Assembly (NCBI GenBank): GCA_965203445.1
Contig: OZ241883.1
Location: 448,001-512,000 of the forward strand
Length of the DNA: 64,000 bases
Direction of reading: 5' to 3'
Origin: Candidatus Oxydemutator sp.
Lineage (GTDB): Bacteria > Pseudomonadota > Gammaproteobacteria > Poriferisulfidales > Oxydemutatoraceae
A program made the position numbers and the translations under genes. Below the pieces are notes generated by a model. That model ran no database searches, was not told the origin of the DNA, and saw only the letters and a program-made list of their open reading frames with translations. Shown here in pieces: positions 18,614-27,091 of this stretch. How positions within the stretch are numbered: the first letter of the stretch is position 1; each line of letters begins with the position of its first letter.

Positions 18614-20671
18614 TCAGATCTCTGATACTTGCAGTTTTTCCCCTATCACACGTTCCCAGTTTTGTAGAGTCGCGCAATAGTATGGGAGTGGTTTGCCCTC
18701 ATACTCAGCGATATGCAGATTTCCTTCGCCAAGCAACAGTGTCAGGATTGGGCGTTTCAGTTCATCTTCTTTCCGGGGATCTTCGGGGCTTTTGCTTTCC
18801 TTGATGAGGTGGTACAACTGGCCGCCATAAACCCCGATTCCATCCTCTCCACTAGGCATCGCCCTGGGTACGCGACAGTACTTGGTATTGCGCTCCTTCA
18901 ATTTCTCCAATAGCTTGTTTTTAACGTCAGCCATTGCAGCCGAGGCCGCTTGAATTACTTCTTGAGCACCAGTGTCTTCAATAACTTGAGTCTGCTGTTC
19001 CTCCTTACATATATTACCCATGTAGACTTCACCGAAATCGCGCAGGCGAACGGGAAGAACAAAGGGTTGGTGCGGTGCACTCCACATGTAGCAGTTGCCG
19101 GGAATGGGTTCCGCAATAAGATGAGCCAGAATATCTGACGAATAGTGAGAGTTGTACTTGCCGAGAACACTGGCATCACCCTCGGAGAGTAAATGAAAGC
19201 AGAACCAGTTGTCCGCCTGACTAAGCAGTTCAGGTGCCATCGCACCGGGCTGTTGCGTGACGAGCATGGCCCCAAGATCGTACTTGCGCCCTTCCTTCAC
19301 CCATTCGACATAGGGACTGGTATCGTCCAGGTTACGGCCGAGGACACTCTGCGCTTCCTCGACAACGGCAACAACGGGAATGATCGGATTTCCGCCCGTA
19401 AAGTGTTCCTGATTGTGCGAGAAAATTTTTCGGAGAAGCAATCCGGCGAGTTTATTGCCCGCACCAGAACTCAACAGGCTGATGTCGATCACAACGACTT
19501 TCCCCTTCGCCAGAGCCTGTAGCGTTCCCGACAAGACTTGGCTGTCCGGATCATGGAGAGTACGTACGACACCAGACATATTGCTGCGGGCAGCTGCGAT
19601 TTCCGCCGTTGACTGAGAAATTTGTCCTATAGCGTAGCCAAGGAGTGTGCCGACTTCCTTATCATCGGCCTGTAGTCCCTTTTCGTAAATCAGCTCAACG
19701 AGCTTGTGCCAGTTAGCATTGGAGACACTCTTGAGTTTGAGTACATTCTGTTGGGATTGGCGATCGGAAGAAACTGCGATGCCGATGACGTCGCGCGGGG
19801 AAAGGTCCCGGATATCGAGTTTCACCTCGCCAGCCTTCCAACTGCCATAGTATGCGCTTGGTGCCTGTCGGTTTGTGAACACCAGAAGTTTTTCCTTCAA
19901 ATCTGGGACGTCGCACAGTCCAGGACGGCCCGCCACACGGTCAGGCCAGAAATACTCGCCATCAGGGTCGAAAATCAGGGTGCCGACGGGACGACCGTTA
20001 GCCGTCGTTGGTTGCGTCTGATACAACTCCGCAATGAGGAACTTGACGAGATTCGACTTCCCATAGCCTGCGCGCGCAAAGACGACGGAGCGTCGAGAAA
20101 CAAGGTTCTTTATATCGAAAGTGACCTGAAGGCGGGGATCAAGAGATATTAATTCCGGCTGTGTCTGTTTGTGATCGGCTCCGCTGAATACGAACTCACC
20201 CAACACGTACTCTCCTAATTCCGTCTTGCCCCGGCTCAGTTTGCAGAGTTCCTGCAAAACCCTCTCGCTGGGCAAAGCGACCTGTGCACCGAGATGCGGG
20301 AGCCTGCGTTGTGAGGGGACGTATATGATACTGTTGCCGTCCGTGCGCACCGCCCCAAGCAATTTCACTTGCACGCGATACTTGAGACGCTGCTCCTTCA
20401 AGTCCTCAGGCACCTTCTGTTGCCTGCGTTGCATCGTGTTGACGTAATCTTCTCCTTCCGGCGCCGCCAGTAATCCAGAAGGAACAAAACGGGTTATGCG
20501 TCCAAGCGAAGCTTCCTCTGGTGACCCGAGTTCGACGAGAAGAAATTGCCCGAGTTGTGGACGGTCGAGCATACTGGCGTCGTACGGAGCAACAATCTCG
20601 GCTGCAAACTCATATCCGCGTTCGTTGAATCCTTTGAACGTTCCTACGATTTTCGAATTTGCGAACAGCAT
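18614..20671 (-). CDS. HerA/FtsK-family ATPase (DUF87) with N-terminal HAS-barrel-like region
   Basis: Walker A ARAGYGKS, IFDPDGEY, Walker B VVEEAQ, EGRKY arginine finger, VTQQP. Confidence 0.9.
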   Translation of the reverse strand: MLFANSKIVGTFKGFNERGYEFAAEIVAPYDASMLDRPQLGQFLLVELGSPEEASLGRITRFVPSGLLAAPEGEDYVNTMQRRQQKVPEDLKEQRLKYRVQVKLLGAVRTDGNSIIYVPSQRRLPHLGAQVALPSERVLQELCKLSRGKTELGEYVLGEFVFSGADHKQTQPELISLDPRLQVTFDIKNLVSRRSVVFARAGYGKSNLVKFLIAELYQTQPTTANGRPVGTLIFDPDGEYFWPDRVAGRPGLCDVPDLKEKLLVFTNRQAPSAYYGSWKAGEVKLDIRDLSPRDVIGIAVSSDRQSQQNVLKLKSVSNANWHKLVELIYEKGLQADDKEVGTLLGYAIGQISQSTAEIAAARSNMSGVVRTLHDPDSQVLSGTLQALAKGKVVVIDISLLSSGAGNKLAGLLLRKIFSHNQEHFTGGNPIIPVVAVVEEAQSVLGRNLDDTSPYVEWVKEGRKYDLGAMLVTQQPGAMAPELLSQADNWFCFHLLSEGDASVLGKYNSHYSSDILAHLIAEPIPGNCYMWSAPHQPFVLPVRLRDFGEVYMGNICKEEQQTQVIEDTGAQEVIQAASAAMADVKNKLLEKLKERNTKYCRVPRAMPSGEDGIGVYGGQLYHLIKESKSPEDPRKEDELKRPILTLLLGEGNLHIAEYEGKPLPYYCATLQNWERVIGEKLQVSEI

Positions 20672-20672
20672 A

Positions 20673-21887
20673 TCAGGCCTCCTTATATCTGAGGTTCGTC
20701 AGCGTCCGTCCCAGATGCTTCATGCGAAGCAAGCGTTCAGATTCTTCATCCGTAAGTCTGCTGCACATTCCTTGAAGCAGCATGTCCTGGAGATCCTGAA
20801 TCTCGAGCCCCGACAGCTTTGCGAAATTGTGCGCTTTCTGGATACACATCGGGTAGTCCGGAATAGGAAAACCTTGCTGCGCATCAACGGTCAGTTGTCC
20901 GAGGATGCGTTCCGCCTGACCAGCCTGCCACTCGGCAACGTCAACGGGCCATACAGGATCCATAGGTCTATCACCGAATTTAACGAGATAGAGTTTCCCA
21001 AAGGACTGGTATAGTCGCCGGCCGGTGTCGTCCTCGTCAGTGGTTTCATACGTGTCGAGCCAGGTACGATCGAAGTTGTAGCACTCGGCCTCAATATCCT
21101 CATCAACCCGAACAAAGCATGGATAAGGTTTGTGAAACGTGGCTTCGAGTTCCAGGGCGACGGCAAGTCGACCGAGTACGGCACTTTGCTTGGCTACCCC
21201 GACTAACGACAGTTGTGCGTTTTCCTTTGCATGAGTGGCAACACCGGCACGGATTTTCTGATCAAGCAAAGGAAACATGTCTCGGGTGAACGATTTGGTT
21301 CGGAGAAGACCATCCCGCACCAAAATTGTATCCCCTCCCCATTGGAGGTTGGGGTTGGCGACGAGATCATATAAGACGGCCCATTCTACAATGTCTCGAT
21401 AGCAGCGCATTGCCCCTGTACTCTTGCCGGGCGTTCCAATCCCTCTGATGAGATACGACATCTGTTCGAGGGTTTTGCCCGTGTCTTGGGCCAACCGCTC
21501 CAGGGGTGTAACTGTATGTCCCGAATCCTGTTTGGTTCTTTCTTCCAGTTCTTCAATGCTGATGGTGCTGGAGACAGCGTCGAGCACATGTTCCTTACCA
21601 CGCGAATCAACCACGCGCACAAGTTCGACAATCGCCGGATTGAAGGCAAGACGGTTATCACCTCCATCCGCAGAGACGAATGAAACGGCATTAACGGAGT
21701 AGGAACGGAGTGGTTTCACTCCATCCCGAAGGCGTTTCGCGTACTCGCGAAACTTTTGGAGATGAGGGACTTCGGAGTTATACGCCTTCATCACCTTTCG
21801 TCTGAGTTCCTCTCTATCCAGGTTAGCGAGTGACACGTTCTCAGCCCATTGTCTCAGCGATTGTATGGAGTCGACGCAGGTTGGCAA
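20673..21887 (-). CDS. NurA-family nuclease
   Basis: SADGG, VRDGLL, VGVAKQS, GFPIPDYP..QKAHNFAKL. GGAGG RBS before the TTG start; ends 1 bp upstream of herA. Confidence 0.82.
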   Translation of the reverse strand: MPTCVDSIQSLRQWAENVSLANLDREELRRKVMKAYNSEVPHLQKFREYAKRLRDGVKPLRSYSVNAVSFVSADGGDNRLAFNPAIVELVRVVDSRGKEHVLDAVSSTISIEELEERTKQDSGHTVTPLERLAQDTGKTLEQMSYLIRGIGTPGKSTGAMRCYRDIVEWAVLYDLVANPNLQWGGDTILVRDGLLRTKSFTRDMFPLLDQKIRAGVATHAKENAQLSLVGVAKQSAVLGRLAVALELEATFHKPYPCFVRVDEDIEAECYNFDRTWLDTYETTDEDDTGRRLYQSFGKLYLVKFGDRPMDPVWPVDVAEWQAGQAERILGQLTVDAQQGFPIPDYPMCIQKAHNFAKLSGLEIQDLQDMLLQGMCSRLTDEESERLLRMKHLGRTLTNLRYKEA

Positions 21888-23007
21888 TGGTTCCTCCCAG
21901 GTTCCAGTTTCTCCATTCAGGGAACCGTTGTGCTCGAGGAAACGCCCATCGCTCGGCCCAATACTCGGTAATCTGGCTTGGTGTCTGCGTTATGTACTCA
22001 GGATGCACTGCTTTTCCAAGAAGAAAGTCGCGTGTATTGCCAGCGAGAGGGATGACAAAAACTTGCCGACGGATTCCGTGCTGAAGAATGTCGGCCTTTA
22101 TTCCCAATTCTGTTGCAGCTTGGCGAATGACCCGTATACGCCAATTTGGTCCATTACCGAATTTGTTTCCTTGGGCATAGGAGTGATTGCGACGGATGAG
22201 GACGTCCCGCAGTTGCGTGAATGTGTCTTCGTCAATATGAAAGTGTCCATAGCCCTGAGAATACCACGTTGGAACTTGATGATTTTCAACATTCGTGAGA
22301 AATGCAGTTCCCTGCGGAATGCGAAGGCGGTTGTATATGGATGATCGTCCAAGTGCCGACGATGTCGTCAGAAGAACAAGTTGTGGTTTCTTTTTCTTTT
22401 CACTTATTACACCCCGATAGTTGCGATACTTCAGGTGGAAATTTCTTACTATCTCGCTGGAGGTAGCCAACAGGGCCACCAACTTACCGCCTAAGATCTT
22501 GCTGTATGGCGGTAAGGCCCCAAGGACAAATGCGTCCATCGTGTGGATTAGACGATCTTTGCGTCCGTTGGCATCCCAACCAACCCAAGCGTCTCGCGGC
22601 GTGAGATTAAAGACGGGATCAGTCAGTCCGATAATACCGATGAGCTTCCCGTTGTTTTTATCTCTGACAAGGTAGCGCATACGCCTCCCGAAGCCTTTGC
22701 TTACTGGAATTGACCAAAGAAGTGAGGCGGCGTTGAATATTTGGGAGTCACAGGTTCCTCCTGCCACAGCAGTTAATTGAGGCTCGATCTCAGAAATATT
22801 AATTTCACGTGGATTGGCGAGATACTGGCGCAGAAGACCAATGTGATGCTCAAAGGAGCCATTCATAGTAGCCATAGTGGCCAAACGTTTTCCTGAGTGG
22901 AACACGCGAATCTGCTTTTTGTTTAAGGTGCTGGGCAAGGATGGAAACTGCTCGGCTACGCTAAGCAGATGTCTTCGTAGGGAATATTCCTTGGGGGTGA
23001 GTTTCAT
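21841..23007 (-). CDS. Druantia DruA-like protein (DUF4338)
   Basis: WSIPVSKGFGRRMRYLV, GLTDPVFNL..RD..VGW, MDAFVLGALPPY..LGGKLVA, TTSSALGRSSIYNRL, GYGHFH, FGNGPNWR, HGIRRQVF. Confidence 0.88.
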   Translation of the reverse strand: MKLTPKEYSLRRHLLSVAEQFPSLPSTLNKKQIRVFHSGKRLATMATMNGSFEHHIGLLRQYLANPREINISEIEPQLTAVAGGTCDSQIFNAASLLWSIPVSKGFGRRMRYLVRDKNNGKLIGIIGLTDPVFNLTPRDAWVGWDANGRKDRLIHTMDAFVLGALPPYSKILGGKLVALLATSSEIVRNFHLKYRNYRGVISEKKKKPQLVLLTTSSALGRSSIYNRLRIPQGTAFLTNVENHQVPTWYSQGYGHFHIDEDTFTQLRDVLIRRNHSYAQGNKFGNGPNWRIRVIRQAATELGIKADILQHGIRRQVFVIPLAGNTRDFLLGKAVHPEYITQTPSQITEYWAERWAFPRAQRFPEWRNWNLGGTIANLRRLHTIAETMG

Positions 23008-23148
23008 GGGTAAGCTTGAGCGCGTTCTCTGTATTCCAGGGATTATGTGGCGCGCAATAGAAAATTGACTTTTGTTAGCGTCCGGCTCTCGGCGGGCGGG
23101 CGCGATATTTGCCGCGCCGATGCGACGGGAAGAGAGAGTATAAGCCGG

Positions 23149-23428
23149 TCAGGCGGGTTTGTAGCGTCGGACTTTGATTTTGTCCGCACGGGCGCGCATT
23201 TGCGAGGCGTCATACCATGCCTGCATTCGCAGCAGCAGGTCCATGCCGACGCCGAATGCTTTCTCAAGGCGCAGCGCCATCTCCGGCGATAGCGCGGCGT
23301 TGCCGTTCAGCAAGGCCGAAAGCGTCGCGCGACGCACCCCCAGAATCGCAGCCGCCTTCGTTACGTTCAAACCCAATTCCTCGATGACTTCCGTACGAAT
23401 GAAACTGCCCGGATGCGGGGGAACCATG
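23149..23428 (-). CDS. HigA-family antitoxin (XRE HTH)
   Basis: [43 protein letters not shown]. Confidence 0.92.
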
Positions 23429-23453
23429 TTCACTTTGAGACCGCCAGTAACCA

Positions 23454-23501
23454 TCAGTGGTAATCCTCCAAAGTGAGGCGATCAATATGACCGCTTATCA
23501 C
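23454..23501 (-). pseudogene. higB remnant (start fused to C-terminus)
   Basis: GGAG-spaced GTG gives [15 protein letters not shown]. The LEDYH end is typical of HigB toxins preceding HigA. Confidence 0.65.
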
Positions 23502-23539
23502 GTCTCCAAGTGTACGGCGATACCGCTCATAGCACAAGT

Positions 23540-23913
23540 GTGTGTATAAGGCCAGAAACATACTGGACAGGTTGTTGACCCGGCCAAGTTTGATGTGTAT
23601 GTTCCTTACACATGCATATTGAATACAGACGAGTTCCATGGCCAGAGTGCAGTTGATAATCCCTGACGAGGAGCGCACCCGGTTTGCCCACCAGGCACGC
23701 CGGGAAGGCATGTCCCTGAGCGCCTGGCTGCGCGCCGCGGCCCGTGAACGGCTTGCGCGGCAATTGAAAACCGGACGCTTTGAATCCGAAGCGGAACTCG
23801 CGGCCTTTTTCGCCGAATGTGACAAATTGGAAGGCCCGGGCGAGGAGCCGGACTGGAGACAACACCTGGTCACCATCAACGAATCCCGCGGGCGCGGCGT
23901 ATCAAACACTTGA
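23540..23913 (+). repeat. ~375-bp direct repeat (promoter region plus antitoxin), second copy at 26291-26673
   Basis: Both copies start gtgtgtataaggccagaaacata and end atcaaacacttga. The encoded proteins are near-identical. Confidence 0.92.
23638..23913 (+). CDS. VapB-like (RHH) antitoxin, orphan copy
   Basis: MARVQLIIPDEER..ARREGMSLSAWLRAAA. Paralogue of 26398..26673 with no PIN gene following. Confidence 0.8.
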   Translation: MARVQLIIPDEERTRFAHQARREGMSLSAWLRAAARERLARQLKTGRFESEAELAAFFAECDKLEGPGEEPDWRQHLVTINESRGRGVSNT

Positions 23914-23947
23914 GCTGCCGGGTTTGATTCGCGGACGGCGGGCACGG

Positions 23948-25222
23948 CTACAGTTTTTCCCACAGACGGCGCGTGGGGACGGCGTGAAGCTTTTCCCCGA
24001 AGCGGATCATTTTCCCCCCGTTATAAACCACCGCGCCGCCGGCAAAGGCGTCCCCCATCGTGGATTGCAGGCGGCGCAGGCCGCGAAAGTCGGAAGGGGA
24101 AATGGTGGCCGAGGACTTCACTTCCACGCCGGCGACGGAGTGCACGCTGCGTTCGATAACGAGGTCCACTTCCACGCCGTCTTTGTCGCGGTAGTGAAAA
24201 AAATCATGCCTTTCATCGTGCCCGTCCGCCTGCCGCCTCAATTCCTGCAGGACGAAAGTTTCCAGCAGTTGTCCGAGCAACGCGCGGTCGTTTCGCAGTT
24301 CCTCCGCGTCCACTTTCAGCAGCGCGCAGGCAAGCCCGGTGTCGGCCAGATGCAGTTTCGGGGTCTTGACGAATCGTTTGCGTCTGTTCGCGTGCCACGC
24401 GGGAATTCTTTCCAGCAGAAACAGCCGCTCCAGCAAAGAGATATAACCTTGAATCGTCGGTCTGCTGTGCTGAAAGTATGCCGCGAGTTTATTGACGTTC
24501 AAAAGCCGCGCCGTGGAGGCCGCCGAAAACGCCAACAGTCTCGGCAGATCCTCGACCGACCGGATGCGTGAAATCGTGAATGCATCGCTATTGGCTATGG
24601 TTGTCAGATAGCTTTGGTACCACTCGATGCGACGTGTCTTGTCGGAGTATTCGAGGGCCGCCGGATAACCGCCATATACTATTCTTTGCGCGGGATCGGT
24701 CAGCGCGACTTGCCAGCGGTTCGGAAACTTTGCCGAGAACAGCAAATCCAGAAAATCCGGTTTTTTGTGTTCCAGCTCGGTTTGCGCGAGCGGATGCATA
24801 CGGACGATTTCCATTCGTCCGGCGAGCGAATCGGAAAGTCCGCGCACGTGCAGAACGCTGACCGAGCCGGTCAAAATGAAGCGCCCTGGAACGCGGTTTT
24901 TGTCAACGGCGAGTTTTATCTGTGAAAAGATTCGGGGAGATTTCTGAATCTCGTCCAATATGACTTTTCTCGGCAGAGAATTGACAAAGCCCACGGGGTC
25001 GTTCAGGACGTAATCCAGGGTTTGTGCATCGTCCATGCTGATATAGACATAGCCCGCGGATTTCCCCACTTTCTGCGCGAGCGTCGTTTTGCCACACTGA
25101 CGCGGCCCATGAATCAGCGTAACCGGAGTGTCTTTCAAGGCCCTTCTCAGGCATGGTTCCACGTGGCGGGGATGCAGTCTTTTCATACGGTTTATTATGT
25201 CCGCAAGTGGGACTGATTGCAA
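23948..25222 (-). CDS. AAA_14 ATPase with DUF4143
   Basis: GPRQCGKTT, ILDEIQK, FILTGS, SLAGR, KTPKLHLADTGL, YRDKDGVEVD, VEVKS. Confidence 0.92.
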   Translation of the reverse strand: MQSVPLADIINRMKRLHPRHVEPCLRRALKDTPVTLIHGPRQCGKTTLAQKVGKSAGYVYISMDDAQTLDYVLNDPVGFVNSLPRKVILDEIQKSPRIFSQIKLAVDKNRVPGRFILTGSVSVLHVRGLSDSLAGRMEIVRMHPLAQTELEHKKPDFLDLLFSAKFPNRWQVALTDPAQRIVYGGYPAALEYSDKTRRIEWYQSYLTTIANSDAFTISRIRSVEDLPRLLAFSAASTARLLNVNKLAAYFQHSRPTIQGYISLLERLFLLERIPAWHANRRKRFVKTPKLHLADTGLACALLKVDAEELRNDRALLGQLLETFVLQELRRQADGHDERHDFFHYRDKDGVEVDLVIERSVHSVAGVEVKSSATISPSDFRGLRRLQSTMGDAFAGGAVVYNGGKMIRFGEKLHAVPTRRLWEKL

Positions 25223-25325
25223 GTTTATATATAGGACGATTAAAAGTTCAGTAAGAGGATGATTGCAAGTTTCATGTATGGCTGATTGAAAGTATTTTCA
25301 CCCCGTAAAAAGCGGCAGGCTGCCG

Positions 25326-26204
25326 CTATCCGTGCCCGATTTTCCAGACGCCCTTTTCTCGGAAGGCCGGGATGGTCTGGCGGCGGGCGGCGTTGGTGAC
25401 GGCGGGTGCCGAGAGTTTTTGTTGCCTGATGTAATCGGACAAGCGGACGATTCGTTCTCCTTTCAGGTAGGCAGTCCGTTTGTGCAGAGATTCCATCAAG
25501 GCCAGGAACAGAATCTTTTCCATCCCCTTTGTCCGGCCGTTGGCGTCGTAATCGCGCAACGCCTGATAGTAGACCTGCTTTTCTTTGTTGCGGATTATGA
25601 CGCAGGGAAATCCCGACTCCAGCAGCTGGAAATTGACGAGCACCCGTCCGATGCGGCCGTTGCCGTCGCAAAACGGATGGATGGATTCAAAATCCAGATG
25701 GAATTTTGCTATTTTGTCGAGAAAATAAGCGTTCATATCGTTTGCGCAGGAAAGCAGAATTTCGCTCATCATTTCTTCGACGTGTTCCGGCGGAGGTGCT
25801 ACGTGATAACCGACGCGCACGAACTCGCCCTGCCGCCGAAAGCGCCCGGCGATGGAGTCGTCAATGCCGCCCATCAGCATATTGTGGAGCAGCAGTATCA
25901 GGTCTCTGGTCAGCGGTTCTCTCTCCGCGGCCCTGTCGCGCTCGTATGCGATCACACGCGCCAGGTTTTTCGCCTCGAACATTTCCCGAATGGATACGTT
26001 TCGGGATAACTTGGTCCCCAGCAGGATTTTCTCGGTCTCCCGCAGGGTCAGCGTGGAGTTTTCTATCGCGTTGGAGTTATAGACGTTCTCCGGCGTTTCC
26101 GCCTCGTCAATCAAGGCCAGCAGGGATTCCTTGCCGGTTTTGAGGGAGGCATATTCCTCCCGCAAACGTTGGATTCTGTCTCTGATGGACGGGGAGATTG
26201 CCAT
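25326..26204 (-). CDS. Fic family protein
   Basis: YNSNAIENSTLT, HPFCDGNGRIGR, short C-terminal HTH-like tail. Confidence 0.93.
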   Translation of the reverse strand: MAISPSIRDRIQRLREEYASLKTGKESLLALIDEAETPENVYNSNAIENSTLTLRETEKILLGTKLSRNVSIREMFEAKNLARVIAYERDRAAEREPLTRDLILLLHNMLMGGIDDSIAGRFRRQGEFVRVGYHVAPPPEHVEEMMSEILLSCANDMNAYFLDKIAKFHLDFESIHPFCDGNGRIGRVLVNFQLLESGFPCVIIRNKEKQVYYQALRDYDANGRTKGMEKILFLALMESLHKRTAYLKGERIVRLSDYIRQQKLSAPAVTNAARRQTIPAFREKGVWKIGHG

Positions 26205-26397
26205 AGGGAAATTCTACCTGTATTCACGCAATAAGTGCAAAAAAACGTGAATTCAGGCACCAAAAACGGGGCTATTCACGATTTCGGGTAGTGTGTATAA
26301 GGCCAGAAACATATCAGACATTTTGTTGACTTGGCCAGGTTCGATGTGTATGCTTCTTACACATGCACATTGAGTGCATTGAATACAGGAGAGTTTC

Positions 26398-26673
26398 ATG
26401 GCAAGAGTGCAGTTGATAATCCCCGACGAGGACCGCACCCGGTTTGCCTACCAGGCACGCCGGGAGGGCATGTCCCTGAGCGCTTGGCTGCGGGCCGCGG
26501 CCGGTGAACGGCTTGTGCGACAGTCGAAAACCAGACGCTTTGAATCCGAAGCAGAACTCGCGGCCTTTTTCGCTGAGTGCGACAAATTGGAAGGCCCGGG
26601 CGTGGAACCGGACTGGAACCAGCACCTGGCCACCATAAACGAATCCCGCCGGCGCGGCATATCAAACACTTGA
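26398..26673 (+). CDS. VapB-like antitoxin
   Basis: RHH-like N-terminus; the stop overlaps the TTG start of the PIN gene. Confidence 0.85.
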   Translation: MARVQLIIPDEDRTRFAYQARREGMSLSAWLRAAAGERLVRQSKTRRFESEAELAAFFAECDKLEGPGVEPDWNQHLATINESRRRGISNT

Positions 26674-27065
26674 TCTTCGTAGATACCAACGTATTCATGT
26701 ACTCGGTGGGCCGGGCACATCCGCTGCAGGAACCGGCCCGCGAATTTTTTGCCGAGTCGGACCGCAATCAGACACCGTTATGCACTTCCGCGGAAGTCTT
26801 ACAGGAACTGGCCCATGCTTACCTTCCCGTGCAGCGACAACGAACGCTCGAGGCTGCCATGTCGCTTGTAATCAGGGCGGGAATTGAGGTTTGGCCTTTG
26901 GAGAGCGAGGATGTACATCTCGCCTGCCAACTGCATGAGCAGTTCCCCACCCTTGGCGTAAGAGACCTCTGCCACCTGGCAAGTTGCCAGCGACACGGAG
27001 CGACCAGTATCAAGACCTTCGATAAAGCCCTCGCCACTGTCGCAAACATCCCGAAAAATATATAG
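26670..27065 (+). CDS. VapC PIN-domain toxin
   Basis: IFVDTNVFMY, SAEVLQE, RDLCHLASC, IKTFDKAL. Confidence 0.9.
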   Translation: MIFVDTNVFMYSVGRAHPLQEPAREFFAESDRNQTPLCTSAEVLQELAHAYLPVQRQRTLEAAMSLVIRAGIEVWPLESEDVHLACQLHEQFPTLGVRDLCHLASCQRHGATSIKTFDKALATVANIPKNI

Positions 27066-27091
27066 AGGGAAATGGTGCTATATTCTGTTGT

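Noticed and set aside
25214-25272. 13-bp direct repeat tgattgcaagttt upstream of the DUF4143 ATPase
   Set aside because: Only two copies and no assignable regulator; too weak to call a site.
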